A stretch of 64,000 bases of DNA, taken from the IMG/VR virus record IMGVR_UViG_3300027131_000001, one strand, 5' to 3'. The DNA is from a virus. The translations under genes and the position numbers were made by a program. This document shows, piece by piece, positions 1-10,703 of this stretch (position 1 is its first letter; every line of letters begins with the position of its first letter). Below the pieces are notes generated by a model, which did no database searches, was not told the origin of the DNA, and saw only the letters and a program-made list of their open reading frames with translations.

Positions 1-1871
1 GTGTGATAAGCACCAGATGCATTTGCAGTAAATGCATTTGCAGTTAATGATGTTATAACATTCAGCGTTGTTGTTACATTTGCAGATCCAGTTACTTTAA
101 ATGTCGAATCTGTTTGCTCTGCAGAACTACCAACATGCACTCTACCTGTGTTTGCAGCACTGAACGCGTATGTTGTTGTACCGTCATTATTTTGAAAATA
201 AGCACGTAATATAGGAGTAGAAGCAGTATTGCCCCCAACAATATCAAAGCTGAATGTGTTATTTGCTAGCCCGGTAATAGATGAAGCAAGATTATTACCA
301 TATCCAAGAACAATCTGACCACCCTCACCGGTTGCATTGCCGCCAGATACAATTAGATGAGACGGTACAATAGCGCCGCTTGTGTTTGCAATAAACGATG
401 TGCCAACAGTCAACAATGCCGAGTTGACACTGGTTGACATATTAGCAACTGTACCGGTTACTGTTCCACTGAAACTACCAGTGTTGGCTGTTAAATTAAA
501 TCTGTTTGTTGCACTTCCAAGTACAATTCCTTCTGTGTTAGATAATGGGATTAGTCCTGTATTATTTGCTTTTAAGTTGGTAGTTGTAAAACTTGCAGCG
601 TTAATTGTACCGGTATGATAAGCACCAGTTGTATTAGCTATGAATGAAGTACCAACTGACAAGCTAACAGTAGCATTAGCATATCCAGTAATATTAGTGT
701 TACCTTGTGTCCATGAGTCTGATGACTCGTTCCATAAGAAGCTGACGTTTGCAGCACTTCCTCTATTAACCTCTAACCCAGCATTTTCTGTTGGAGCTAC
801 TAGCGCATCAAGATCTGCATTAAGAGTAACAATATTATCACCAACATTCAATGTAGTTGTGTTAATATAAGTTGTTGTACCAGATACTGTAAGATTTCCA
901 GATATAGTAACATCAGCAAGATTGGATTGACCAGTAATATTGGCGCCAGCTGATCCTGTAATTAAGCCAGATGCATTTATAGTATTTGCATTAACTATCC
1001 ATCGCTGAGTAGAGGATCCAAGAGCAGCTCCAACTGTATTTGATCCTGGGTATGCTCCAGATGTATTTGCAGTGAAGCTAGTACCTACAGTCAATAGTGC
1101 GGAGTTAACACTAACAGATACATTGGCTGCACCAGTAACTTCGAGTGCAACACCAGGAGTAGTGTTAGCGATTCCGACTCGGTTATTTGCTGCATCAACA
1201 AAAAGAGTACCGCTATCGAAGTTAACATTACCAGCTATAGTTTGAAGAGTGCCACTCAATGTAGCATTACCGGTCAGTGTTGAGTTACCCGATACAGTTA
1301 GCTGTCCACTAAAATTACCAGTATTTCCATTAACTACCCAACGCTGTGTAGAAGATCCAAGAGCTGTACCAACAGTATTGCTTGAAGGATAAACACCAGA
1401 ATTGTTGGCAGTCACAATACCAGTAACTGTTGAGTTACTTAATGTGACTGATGCAGAATTAATTGTACCAGTGTGGTATGCACCAGTAGTATTTGCAATA
1501 AATGATGTTCCGACAGATAGTAGAGCACTATTAACACTGACAATAGCATTTGCATATCCAGTAATTACAACGTTATTGCTGGCATTAATCGTTTTTGTAA
1601 CAGTTAGATCATCTTGTAGAGTGGCTGAACCTACAACAGTTAATGTGTTACTGAAATTACCTGAGTTTGCAAGTACAGTCCAACGATTAGTAGTATTACC
1701 TAACTGAAGTCCGTTAGTAACTGGAATCAAGTCGCCATTCGTGGTAATAGAGCTGAGGATTGTCCCAGTGAAAAATACATTTCCAGTAACTCTAAAGTCA
1801 CCAGTGACGTTACTAGTACCAAAAGAATCAAATCCATAATCAATCTTTAATTTACTATTTGCTGTTGCCAT
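1..1871 (-). CDS. Long tail fibre/adhesin, partial (runs off the window start); absent from the ORF track
   Basis: ATG at 1871, reading MATANSKLKIDYGFDSFGTSNVTGDFRVTGNVFF..., with the frame open in the stretches read. N/T/S/G-rich and shares repeats (FDSGTLFVDAANNRVGI; SFIANTTGAYHTGTINAA) with the upstream fibre gene. Confidence 0.8.
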   Translation of the reverse strand, partial: MATANSKLKIDYGFDSFGTSNVTGDFRVTGNVFFTGTILSSITTNGDLIPVTNGLQLGNTTNRWTVLANSGNFSNTLTVVGSATLQDDLTVTKTINASNNVVITGYANAIVSVNSALLSVGTSFIANTTGAYHTGTINSASVTLSNSTVTGIVTANNSGVYPSSNTVGTALGSSTQRWVVNGNTGNFSGQLTVSGNSTLTGNATLSGTLQTIAGNVNFDSGTLFVDAANNRVGIANTTPGVALEVTGAANVSVSVNSALLTVGTSFTANTSGAYPGSNTVGAALGSSTQRWIVNANTINASGLITGSAGANITGQSNLADVTISGNLTVSGTTTYINTTTLNVGDNIVTLNADLDALVAPTENAGLEVNRGSAANVSFLWNESSDSWTQGNTNITGYANATVSLSVGTSFIANTTGAYHTGTINAASFTTTNLKANNTGLIPLSNTEGIVLGSATNRFNLTANTGSFSGTVTGTVANMSTSVNSALLTVGTSFIANTSGAIVPSHLIVSGGNATGEGGQIVLGYGNNLASSITGLANNTFSFDIVGGNTASTPILRAYFQNNDGTTTYAFSAANTGRVHVGSSAEQTDSTFKVTGSANVTTTLNVITSLTANAFTANASGAYH

Positions 1872-1883
1872 CTAGCTTGTTCC

Positions 1884-3485
1884 TTAGCTGATCATGTTTG
1901 CTATAATTTTTACATTAGAATTAGCAACTCTTTGTTGTAATGTAACATCTATATTAGTTGTGTTGACACTCAAAGCTATGTTATTAGCTAGTTCAGAAGA
2001 GCTGGTAGGGGCAAATACTGTTCCGTAAACGGTTTGGTTAACATCTGTACCGTTGTGAACAAACAATATTTTTGTTGTTTGAAACTCTACTCCTTTTGTT
2101 ACATATAATAACAGCTCACCAGCTTGGTAAGAAGCTTTTGGAAAACTGACAACTGTGACATTAGCTGTTGTGTTCGAACCAAGATCCGTATTTGCTAGGG
2201 TGAGGAAAGTTGCAAAAGTATTTATCGTTACATTGCCAGTGACATTCAAAGATTGTGAAACGTTAGCTGTTCCTGATACTACCAAATTACCGCTGAAATT
2301 ACCTGAGTTAGCAGAGAGAACAAATCTACCAATGGAGTTACCTAGTAAAACAGAGTTTGATGTTGGTGCAATAGCTGTTACATTTGCACGTAATCCACTA
2401 GTAGTAAAGCTAGCAGCATTAACAGTACCAGTATGATATACACCAGTTGTATTTGCAATTAAATTTGCACCAACAGTAAATGAAGCTGAATTAACTGATA
2501 ATGTTACGTTTGCAGATCCAGCCACCTCAAGAGCAACTGTAGGAGCGGTATTGTTAATACCAACTCTGTTATTAGTTCCATCAACAAAAAGCACACCCGA
2601 GTCAATATTAACGTTACCAGATATTGTTTGTAGTGTCCCACTCATTGTGACGTTACCAGTCAAAGTCGTCACACCAGCAACTCCAAATGTACCACCTACG
2701 TTTGCGTTTCCTTGAACGTTTGCGGTTAAACTAATATCAGTTGCACCAGTCACTCTTAGTGCAACACCAGGAGCAGTATTACCAATACCAACTCTATTAT
2801 TAGTTGCATCAACAAAAAGAGTACCAGTATCAAAGTTAACGTTGCCAGCTATAGTTTGAAGACCGCCGTTTAGTGTTGTGTTACCAGATACACCAAAAAT
2901 ACCGCCTATGTTTGCGTTTCCTTGAATATTAGCTGTTGCACTTATATCAATATCGCCAGTCAGTCTTAGAGCAACGCCCGGTGCTGTATTATTGATACCA
3001 ACCCGGTTATTAGTTGCATCTACAAACAGCACACCAGAGTCAAAAGTAGCATTACCAGATATTGTTTGAAGAGTGCCGCTGAGTGTTGCATTGCCAGTCA
3101 ATAATGTATTACCACCAACTGATAATGAATTAGAAAGAGTAGTGGCGCCAAGAACGGTAAGTGTAAGATCAGTATCAATTGAGGTTGTTGTGAATACAGT
3201 GTTTACTGATGTATTACCGATTGATACATTACCTGTAATATAAAGAACATTGGCGGTTGTTGTATTACCACCTCTGAGCCCGAACGTAGTGTTACCGTTA
3301 ATAGTGACTGAATTCGCTGTAAAGATGCCGTTAACTGTTCCGTTGCCAGTAGTACTACCGCCCTCTGTATTGGCAGCAGTTGTAACGATAGTTGTTGAAT
3401 AGGCATCCAGCAAGACGTTAGTTTTATCAATCCAGTTCTGGAATGAATCAGTTATTGTACTTACGTTCGTGGTTGGTAACGCCAT
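1884..3485 (-). CDS. Tail fibre-like virion protein with three internal repeats
   Basis: N-terminal TITDSFQNWIDKTN motif typical of T4-like fibre/baseplate-attached proteins. Three LQTIxGN..FDxGxLFVDxTNNRVGI repeats. Confidence 0.8.
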   Translation of the reverse strand: MALPTTNVSTITDSFQNWIDKTNVLLDAYSTTIVTTAANTEGGSTTGNGTVNGIFTANSVTINGNTTFGLRGGNTTTANVLYITGNVSIGNTSVNTVFTTTSIDTDLTLTVLGATTLSNSLSVGGNTLLTGNATLSGTLQTISGNATFDSGVLFVDATNNRVGINNTAPGVALRLTGDIDISATANIQGNANIGGIFGVSGNTTLNGGLQTIAGNVNFDTGTLFVDATNNRVGIGNTAPGVALRVTGATDISLTANVQGNANVGGTFGVAGVTTLTGNVTMSGTLQTISGNVNIDSGVLFVDGTNNRVGINNTAPTVALEVAGSANVTLSVNSASFTVGANLIANTTGVYHTGTVNAASFTTSGLRANVTAIAPTSNSVLLGNSIGRFVLSANSGNFSGNLVVSGTANVSQSLNVTGNVTINTFATFLTLANTDLGSNTTANVTVVSFPKASYQAGELLLYVTKGVEFQTTKILFVHNGTDVNQTVYGTVFAPTSSSELANNIALSVNTTNIDVTLQQRVANSNVKIIANMIS

Positions 3486-3487
3486 CT

Positions 3488-3706
3488 TTAGTTCTCTTTA
3501 CTGTTTTGTTTGATTAAAATTAGCAACATATCTTTTATATCAGCAACATCTCTTTTCAAATTATCTACATCACACTGTACACCTGATACAGCAGATTGTG
3601 ATTCTCTTTGCTGACGATATATTGTAAATGCATTTACATCTGTATTTAGTAGAGCACTACTTTGCTGATCTCTTAAAAAATTATCCGCATCAGTTTTGAT
3701 TTTCAT
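3488..3706 (-). CDS. Small conserved hypothetical protein (coiled-coil C-terminus)
   Basis: RDxxSxALLNTD motif. Position directly after the VrlC-like gene, as seen in T4-like phages. Confidence 0.7.
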   Translation of the reverse strand: MKIKTDADNFLRDQQSSALLNTDVNAFTIYRQQRESQSAVSGVQCDVDNLKRDVADIKDMLLILIKQNSKEN

Positions 3707-3708
3707 AT

Positions 3709-6700
3709 TTAAATAGACACTGCAAGTGCCCTCACATCTTTCATTATCGGTGGATTCTGAGTTGTACTTGATAATAAGACTACTTTGATTGCAAACACCT
3801 TATAACTTGAGTGACGTCCATTACTTGCATCAAAATATGTAACAATATTTGACTCTCTATTATATTTAAATGCAGCTTTTTTCTGCGTAACTTTTTCAAT
3901 TGAGCAAGCACCACTGAAAGAAGTATTTGACTTCAATGTTAAGTTAGTGGCGTTTGTAACAGCATCCACAACACCGATATCATAACTTGTCTCTGTATCA
4001 CTTTGAACAATTTTAATGATATCATTAGCTACCAAATCTGTATTAAACGCACTTCCAGAACCTGTTAATGTGGTAGTAGTTGCAGATGTTATAATACCAG
4101 CCAAAGCGGTTGATGGAGGAGTTCTAGGGAAGCTATATTCAAACTCAATATAATCTTTATCATTCAAAGAATCACTGAATAGGTTTGAGTTGTTTGAGGC
4201 ACTCATTAAGGTCCAGTCCTTATCTTTAAATACATCAGGATCATCAGAGCTTAGAATTTTTGAATATACTTGTATTGTAGATGTTGGTGGTTTATATGCT
4301 GTCAGGAATACTTTCATATCCTCAGCATCAAGACCCTCCGCCAATACTACGTTTTTAGAAATATATCTAACAGAAGCATTCCCATATCCTGTTGTTTCAT
4401 TTGTTGCACTGTTGTTAATAATATTATTAAAAGAGATAATTGATGCAGGGAACAAATCTACAGCAGGAGATAGTTTTGTCAATGCAGTATCATTACGAGC
4501 CATAGAAACGTTGAACTTTAATGATTTGTTATTGCTATTAGCAATTTCATTACTTCTAGATTTAACCTCGGCCTCGTATGCCATTTTATTAGTTACACCT
4601 TCAATAATATCTATACTTGAAGGGGCAGCACTTGCAGTCTGATCAACTGTCATAGTGTAACTTGTAGATGTTGTAGGAGGTGTTATATCTAATATATGCG
4701 CCTCTGCATAATTAACTACTATATCATCAACGCTAGATATAGTACTTGTTGCACCAGAGGCTTCTCCAATAATAGACTTATTTGCTTGAAATAAGAATGT
4801 GGTATTAGCTGCATTTGATTCTTCAAGAACAACGGTTTCATCGTTACCAACACTCGACATTACCGCTCTTACAACTTTCTGAACTCCAACAAAAACGGTT
4901 GAGTTATCAATTGCTTTACTTGGATAATCTTTAACAGTTATTGTTGAAGAGTTAGCAGCATTGATTCTTTGAACTTGGAAAGACTTTGATGCACCTTTGT
5001 GAGTATTAGCAGCAACAGCCCCAAGTAAAGGTGCATCAATAGTTAATGTCGTATTACTTGCAATTGCAGTAACCTCGCGTATTGAGGTATCAATTTTTAT
5101 ATAATCACCAACAGTATATTCAGTTTCAAAAACTGTAGTTGTACCGACTACAGTTGTGTTTGAAGCTAATACTGTAACAGTACCTGTTTTATTAGATGTC
5201 AGACTGTCACCATATACAAACAAACCATAATCGCCCACTGAGAATGTTCCTAGTAAAGATGTGCTTGTGTTTACTACCTGACTCGTGGTATTACAAGTGA
5301 ACGTAGCATTGATATATGTGTTTGATTTTTGTGCAATCTCTTCCCCACCCTGGAACGATCCGTACGTATTAGATACTGATAAAAACTCATACGGTTTATT
5401 TTCAAGGACCAATGTTCCGGTATTTTTTGTAAATTTTGCACAGTATATTGTAAATTTAACATCTTCCCTCTGTACTGGGGTCCAAGCTGTATCATTAGAT
5501 GATAGGAACATTACTCCTGCACCCCAATTACTTACATACACTAACGATGAGTCTGCAATATCAGGCATACCTACTTCCGCAGTCCATAATAGATAATTGG
5601 GATTGTTTTGATCAGGAATAATTACAAAACAATAGTCTTTACCTGAGCTTAGATATATTGGAGTGTCAAAGGTAACAGCTGTTACACTACTAGCAGTGTC
5701 ACTAGTATTGATAGAAGAGGACTTTAAATATCTAGATCCAAGTATTGCTGTTGCAGGATATCCATTATCAGTCTCCCTTATCTGAACTGTTGCACCTAAA
5801 GTAGAGTCCTTTGATTTAAAATATAAATCAAGCTTGGTTAGATAAACACCATGTGTACCGTCACTATTATCGATTCTGAAGGTCTGAGCAAGAGGATCGG
5901 TCCCACCTGCGCCAGCGCCTTTATTATGGACCACAAGACCGTTAGCAATGTAGGTATTATTACCATCCAATGTAAAGTTGTAAACCTGTAGGTCAGGATC
6001 ATTGATGTGTTCTGATATATCCACAATTTCCAATCCGACACGATCAACAGTTTCTATTACATCTCCTACTTGTAACTTACCAATATCCCATGTAGACAAC
6101 GCTTCATACTTCTTCTTTGTTGCCTCTGGATTAAATGATTTCCATGTACCATCTTTCATGTACACAGGATGATCATTTGTCATGAATGGAACACTACCGT
6201 TCAATGAGACTAGAGTTCTATCACCTAGTAAAGGCCTTATAAAATCAATAACAATATTAATAGAGTTATCTTTACCAATCAACTTATCGCCTATCTCAAC
6301 ATCTTCAATCGACTTTGTTGATCCATCAGCCAGCGTAATGGTAGTTCCTCTAATAAAACAACAACCCCGTGGCTGTGGAGCAGGAACAGTAATATTTCTT
6401 TGCTCTGTTCCAGCTCTGGTAGATATAGAAGTATTAGAAGAAGGAGTAAGCTGACCTGGAGTTTTGGTAGTAAGAGTTAGATCAGTTATATCTTTATAAA
6501 AATTAAAAGCATTGAAAACATTCTTACCAATTGAAATAGATTGATCTATATCATCATAATTTTGAACATCAGCTACAACAATATCACGCGATCCAACAAA
6601 AAACTGATTACTATTAATGTGGATCTCGCCAACTAGTGTTCCTGCGTCATCTGTTTTGAGAGTAGCTCCAAGAGCACCTGTAATAGTTGCATTTGTATCA

Positions 6701-9700
6701 AACTTTAATCCTTTTGAATTAACACTCTCCAGGTTTGTTATAATGGCTGGTCTTGTTTGAGATGATACATCTACTTTGTCAAAAAATACCTTGTGTTCAG
6801 CTAGGGGTCTTAATCCGGTCACGACAAAAGATATATTTTGTTCTCGAATATATGGATTTAATCCGAAGTTTGTTACAAATGAACCAACAGGCTGAACAGA
6901 TAGTTTCGAATCTGAAGGTTTCAGTGTTGTCACGGTTGTCGCTACAGTTTCAATTGTCTCTCTCTGTTGCAACTGGGTAGTAGCTCCTCCACCAAGGTTT
7001 GTACTACTAACAGTAGACCAGTTACCCGTACCAACTGATGATGTAACAACTGCACCGTCTTTTTTGAATTGAACGTTGTTGTTGATTGTATCAACTAACC
7101 CATTAAGAGGGGTTGCTAAATCAATAGTAACATTTTGACTTCCTTGTGTTACATCATAATAATTGTCATACTTGGGAAATACATTAAGAACCCCGTTATA
7201 TGAATATTGTAATTGAACAGGGTTTCTGTAACTATTAGCTATTGTTTGACTGATCAGAATGGCTTGATCATATTCTAAAAGAGCATAATCACCTACAAAA
7301 GCAACATTAGAAGATGAGGCTGTGTTTGGCTGTAAGTCGATCACATACTTGTTAATTTGTGGTCTAGCAACTCCATTTGTAGTATCGATAGCTATTGTAT
7401 ACGCATCGCTTAAGTTTGATATATCATAATTATTAAATGAATCAACAAAAAATCCATTCTTGAATCTAGAAATACTTGAATTTGATTCACTGGGAATAAC
7501 TAAATCCTTTGTATCTTTTTCAAGAGTATTAAGCAATGAATAATATTCTAATCTATTAATTCTATCTTCGATTTGCTTGATATCCTTCATAGTGTACCCA
7601 CGAACCTGGTCGTGTTGAACAAGCGTGCTATATTCGGATCTTTGAGCCTCAGATGCTTGCTGTGGTGATAGTGATGGATAGGGAGGAATATGCACAACAC
7701 CAAGAGTCATTGTAGTATCTGGCTGTTTTGGTGGGTTTGGATTGAGTGCAGGAATTCCCTCAACAATCTTCACTGTTGAAGAAGGATCAATAACAATCCT
7801 ATCTATTCTTCTAAGATAGTGTTCGATATCTGCTTGAAAGTCTTTATCTGGTGTCGGGAAATAGAACGTACCAGTAAGAGTTTCTGTTGTTATAGGGTCG
7901 ATAGATGCACCACCTACAGTTGATGCATTAGATACATTTGCTGTGTTGGCTACGATCGGTCTAAAATCAATAACATCTCTTAGATTAAAGTACTTACCAG
8001 TTTTTGGAGATTGAAAGTATGGGATGTCTTGAGTTTTTATTGTTGCCGTAGCTGTTTCAGCACCAGCATCATTTACAGGATATGATTCAGTTGATAGGTA
8101 GTAACCAGATCCATGTGTAAAACAACTAACTTTTACAAGTAAGCTACTTGATGAAGTAAGAGATAGTGTGCTTCCTGGCTTCTTTCTTATGTAAGAAAGA
8201 CCATATAAATTATCTGTTTGACCAGATATCAATTCAAAAGATGATGCTCTATTAGTTCCTGTTGCAACATAAGTATTTGCCGATCCAACATAAACAGCTT
8301 CTATTTTAAAGGCGTCAGGAATACCCAAACACCACGGTCCTGTATTACTGGTTGTTAAAGAAGTAGTTGATAGTTTGACAAAAACTGCATTCGCATTTCT
8401 ATATACTGTCTTGGTTTTTTGAGCTGCATTTGTAACTTTAGCATTATGGACTACACTTGCAGCAGTTGAAGAAAATACTGTATTTCCAAGGTTTATTGAT
8501 GCAATCTTTCCTGTAATATCAATTGATACACTTGCCCCTGTTCTATCAAGTCTAACAGGTACATTTTTAACATATCCATATGATAAGGTATTGGCAGATA
8601 TTGCTGGACCAGTTCCATTGACCTTCATAGAAGTAGCAGACACTAGCTCCGTAACTCTGAAGTAGGTTGTGTTACCAGAGAATTTGACATAATCCCCTAC
8701 AGCTAGCTGTGTTAAGAATGATGTACTTGTTCCAGTTATAGTATTACCAGATGACGTAACAGTTCCAGATAAATTTGTTGTTGAATATACGTTAGCGGAA
8801 GGTATAACAATGAAATCTCGTTCCTGAGTATCATTTAATGTACTATTATTACTATAAGGAAAGCTCTCAGATCCCGAAAGAGTAACAGTACCAATTCCGG
8901 TAGTTGCAATTGTAGTTGTACCAACTGCTCTGTATATGAATTGCTCATTAGTAAAAGCTTTTACAGATTCTGCCCCAGACGGGAAAACTAAGTAATCATA
9001 GCTTGCATCTTTAAGAACAGCAGCTGCTGGTGTTCCTTCTAAAACAACATCGGCAATACCCGTAGTTGATAACTGGATAGCCCTCACGTTACTGAATGTT
9101 TTTCCAGACTGCATTCTCACATCAAACAAATATAATCTATATCTACATGAAGAAGTGCCAACTGTGCCTGAATCATATACAATAGAACGAACTCTTGCTG
9201 TTCCAATTGTAGATGCTGAAGTGCTTGGAGCTCCACCAAAATTATCTGTTACATCAGTACTAACAGCATCTTTTAAACTTACTGTTGGGCCTGTTGTAAA
9301 ATCAAAAACTCCCAATACTTCACTAACTAAAACATAATTTCCGTAGTTAGTTGTAATAGTCTGACTTGAATCTACGACCGTTGTAGATCCTTTCTTAATA
9401 GGAAGTCTTATTGTATCGCCAACTTCAACTTTGTACCCGCTCACATACCCAGAACCAGCTGCTACAGCAAGATTTAAGTAGGTAGTATTGCCAGACTTCT
9501 CTTCTGTATAAAGTTTAAAAGGATTTAGAACATAGTTACCGCTTTCTTCAGCAGTACGTCTGGCTAGTTCAACACCAACAGAATTAAATTGTGTATTTGT
9601 TCTTCTTCTTGTTACTCTTCCATTTTCAAAATCCATAAGAGATAGAAATTCCGAATTAGAAGCTGCCGCTGTAGTAGAAATAGATATTAGTTGGGGTTGT

Positions 9701-10692
9701 AATTTTAATCTATATGCACCAGGAGCTGTATAATTACTATATCCCTGAGCATTATCCAGAATAGTCGAGTCGATGCTATTATTAACAATAGACTCTACTG
9801 TTGTGAATCCAACAGAAACATTATTTGGTTGGTTTGTATATTTTGAAACAATAGTAGTCTGCTCAGCAACCCTTACAAAATGTCCCTTTTGGTAAATTAT
9901 ACCATCGCTTACTGTGAGGGCATATCCAACACCAACAGCATTGGTAAATGAAGAATTTGCAACTCTAATACGAGCAATGTAATTAAAAGCTTCTAAACTA
10001 CCGCCAGCTCCACTACTTGCTGCTCCGTTAGCTGCCAAGAAAGATAGAGTAGGTGCAGTTGTATATCCTGATCCCTGTCCAGTAATAATAACATCACGTA
10101 TTGATCCATTAGATGTATATGTAACAATATTAGCAGATGCTCCTGTGCCGCCACCGCCAGCAAATACAACCACATCACTATTACTATATCCAGCACCGAT
10201 AGATGTAACTGTAATATCTTGAATGGAATATGTAGGTGTAAATGATGTTAATGTCTCATTTACTGAGAATTGCTTTTCGCCAGCAGTACCAGAGTTTGTA
10301 TATTTAATAAACAGAGTTGATAAGTCAGGATTTTGAGATTGAAGTCCCTGTACTTGATTAATAACTATAGCTTGTAGATTAGAAGAAGAGCTTTTAACTA
10401 TTGAATTAGCATAATTAGAAACAAGAGTTGATTGTCCATCAACTTGAAGATCTTGTAATTTTATGTATTGGTAATTATTATCAAACGTAAAACTACATCC
10501 TTTGATAATTGTACCTTCAATGTAAATATTGTCACCAAATCTTTCAACTTGGTTTTGAAGGATAGTTTGTAGCTGAGTAAGTTCTCTAGCTTGAATAGGG
10601 ACGGCCGGCCTGAAAAGAACTCTATGGAAGTTCTTTGTTTCATTATAGTCATCGTAAAAAGGGCTTACGTTAAAGTCTGTATCTAGTGCCAT
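3709..10692 (-). CDS. VrlC/DUF4815-like large virion structural protein with an internal Hint domain
   Basis: N-terminus DFNVSPFYDDY..FHRVLFRP..QARELTQLQTILQNQ. Also APGAxRLK, YTMKDIKQIEDRINRLEYY, RFKNGFFVDSF and DPLAQTF motifs. Confidence 0.88.
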   Translation of the reverse strand: MALDTDFNVSPFYDDYNETKNFHRVLFRPAVPIQARELTQLQTILQNQVERFGDNIYIEGTIIKGCSFTFDNNYQYIKLQDLQVDGQSTLVSNYANSIVKSSSSNLQAIVINQVQGLQSQNPDLSTLFIKYTNSGTAGEKQFSVNETLTSFTPTYSIQDITVTSIGAGYSNSDVVVFAGGGGTGASANIVTYTSNGSIRDVIITGQGSGYTTAPTLSFLAANGAASSGAGGSLEAFNYIARIRVANSSFTNAVGVGYALTVSDGIIYQKGHFVRVAEQTTIVSKYTNQPNNVSVGFTTVESIVNNSIDSTILDNAQGYSNYTAPGAYRLKLQPQLISISTTAAASNSEFLSLMDFENGRVTRRRTNTQFNSVGVELARRTAEESGNYVLNPFKLYTEEKSGNTTYLNLAVAAGSGYVSGYKVEVGDTIRLPIKKGSTTVVDSSQTITTNYGNYVLVSEVLGVFDFTTGPTVSLKDAVSTDVTDNFGGAPSTSASTIGTARVRSIVYDSGTVGTSSCRYRLYLFDVRMQSGKTFSNVRAIQLSTTGIADVVLEGTPAAAVLKDASYDYLVFPSGAESVKAFTNEQFIYRAVGTTTIATTGIGTVTLSGSESFPYSNNSTLNDTQERDFIVIPSANVYSTTNLSGTVTSSGNTITGTSTSFLTQLAVGDYVKFSGNTTYFRVTELVSATSMKVNGTGPAISANTLSYGYVKNVPVRLDRTGASVSIDITGKIASINLGNTVFSSTAASVVHNAKVTNAAQKTKTVYRNANAVFVKLSTTSLTTSNTGPWCLGIPDAFKIEAVYVGSANTYVATGTNRASSFELISGQTDNLYGLSYIRKKPGSTLSLTSSSSLLVKVSCFTHGSGYYLSTESYPVNDAGAETATATIKTQDIPYFQSPKTGKYFNLRDVIDFRPIVANTANVSNASTVGGASIDPITTETLTGTFYFPTPDKDFQADIEHYLRRIDRIVIDPSSTVKIVEGIPALNPNPPKQPDTTMTLGVVHIPPYPSLSPQQASEAQRSEYSTLVQHDQVRGYTMKDIKQIEDRINRLEYYSLLNTLEKDTKDLVIPSESNSSISRFKNGFFVDSFNNYDISNLSDAYTIAIDTTNGVARPQINKYVIDLQPNTASSSNVAFVGDYALLEYDQAILISQTIANSYRNPVQLQYSYNGVLNVFPKYDNYYDVTQGSQNVTIDLATPLNGLVDTINNNVQFKKDGAVVTSSVGTGNWSTVSSTNLGGGATTQLQQRETIETVATTVTTLKPSDSKLSVQPVGSFVTNFGLNPYIREQNISFVVTGLRPLAEHKVFFDKVDVSSQTRPAIITNLESVNSKGLKFDTNATITGALGATLKTDDAGTLVGEIHINSNQFFVGSRDIVVADVQNYDDIDQSISIGKNVFNAFNFYKDITDLTLTTKTPGQLTPSSNTSISTRAGTEQRNITVPAPQPRGCCFIRGTTITLADGSTKSIEDVEIGDKLIGKDNSINIVIDFIRPLLGDRTLVSLNGSVPFMTNDHPVYMKDGTWKSFNPEATKKKYEALSTWDIGKLQVGDVIETVDRVGLEIVDISEHINDPDLQVYNFTLDGNNTYIANGLVVHNKGAGAGGTDPLAQTFRIDNSDGTHGVYLTKLDLYFKSKDSTLGATVQIRETDNGYPATAILGSRYLKSSSINTSDTASSVTAVTFDTPIYLSSGKDYCFVIIPDQNNPNYLLWTAEVGMPDIADSSLVYVSNWGAGVMFLSSNDTAWTPVQREDVKFTIYCAKFTKNTGTLVLENKPYEFLSVSNTYGSFQGGEEIAQKSNTYINATFTCNTTSQVVNTSTSLLGTFSVGDYGLFVYGDSLTSNKTGTVTVLASNTTVVGTTTVFETEYTVGDYIKIDTSIREVTAIASNTTLTIDAPLLGAVAANTHKGASKSFQVQRINAANSSTITVKDYPSKAIDNSTVFVGVQKVVRAVMSSVGNDETVVLEESNAANTTFLFQANKSIIGEASGATSTISSVDDIVVNYAEAHILDITPPTTSTSYTMTVDQTASAAPSSIDIIEGVTNKMAYEAEVKSRSNEIANSNNKSLKFNVSMARNDTALTKLSPAVDLFPASIISFNNIINNSATNETTGYGNASVRYISKNVVLAEGLDAEDMKVFLTAYKPPTSTIQVYSKILSSDDPDVFKDKDWTLMSASNNSNLFSDSLNDKDYIEFEYSFPRTPPSTALAGIITSATTTTLTGSGSAFNTDLVANDIIKIVQSDTETSYDIGVVDAVTNATNLTLKSNTSFSGACSIEKVTQKKAAFKYNRESNIVTYFDASNGRHSSYKVFAIKVVLLSSTTQNPPIMKDVRALAVSI
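5923..6360 (-). other. Hint (intein-like/BIL) domain, aa 1445-1590 of the VrlC-like protein
   Basis: Block A CFIRGTTITLADGSTKSIEDVEIGD, block B TNDHP, and block F/G VYNFTLDGNNTYIANGLVVHN. Followed by Lys rather than Cys/Ser/Thr. No endonuclease domain. Confidence 0.92.
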
Positions 10693-10703
10693 TTATTCCT
10701 CTA

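Noticed and set aside
395-3100. Fibre repeats considered as a DGR template/variable pair
   Set aside because: All copies are in-frame coding, differences are not adenine-specific, and no reverse transcriptase is in the window.
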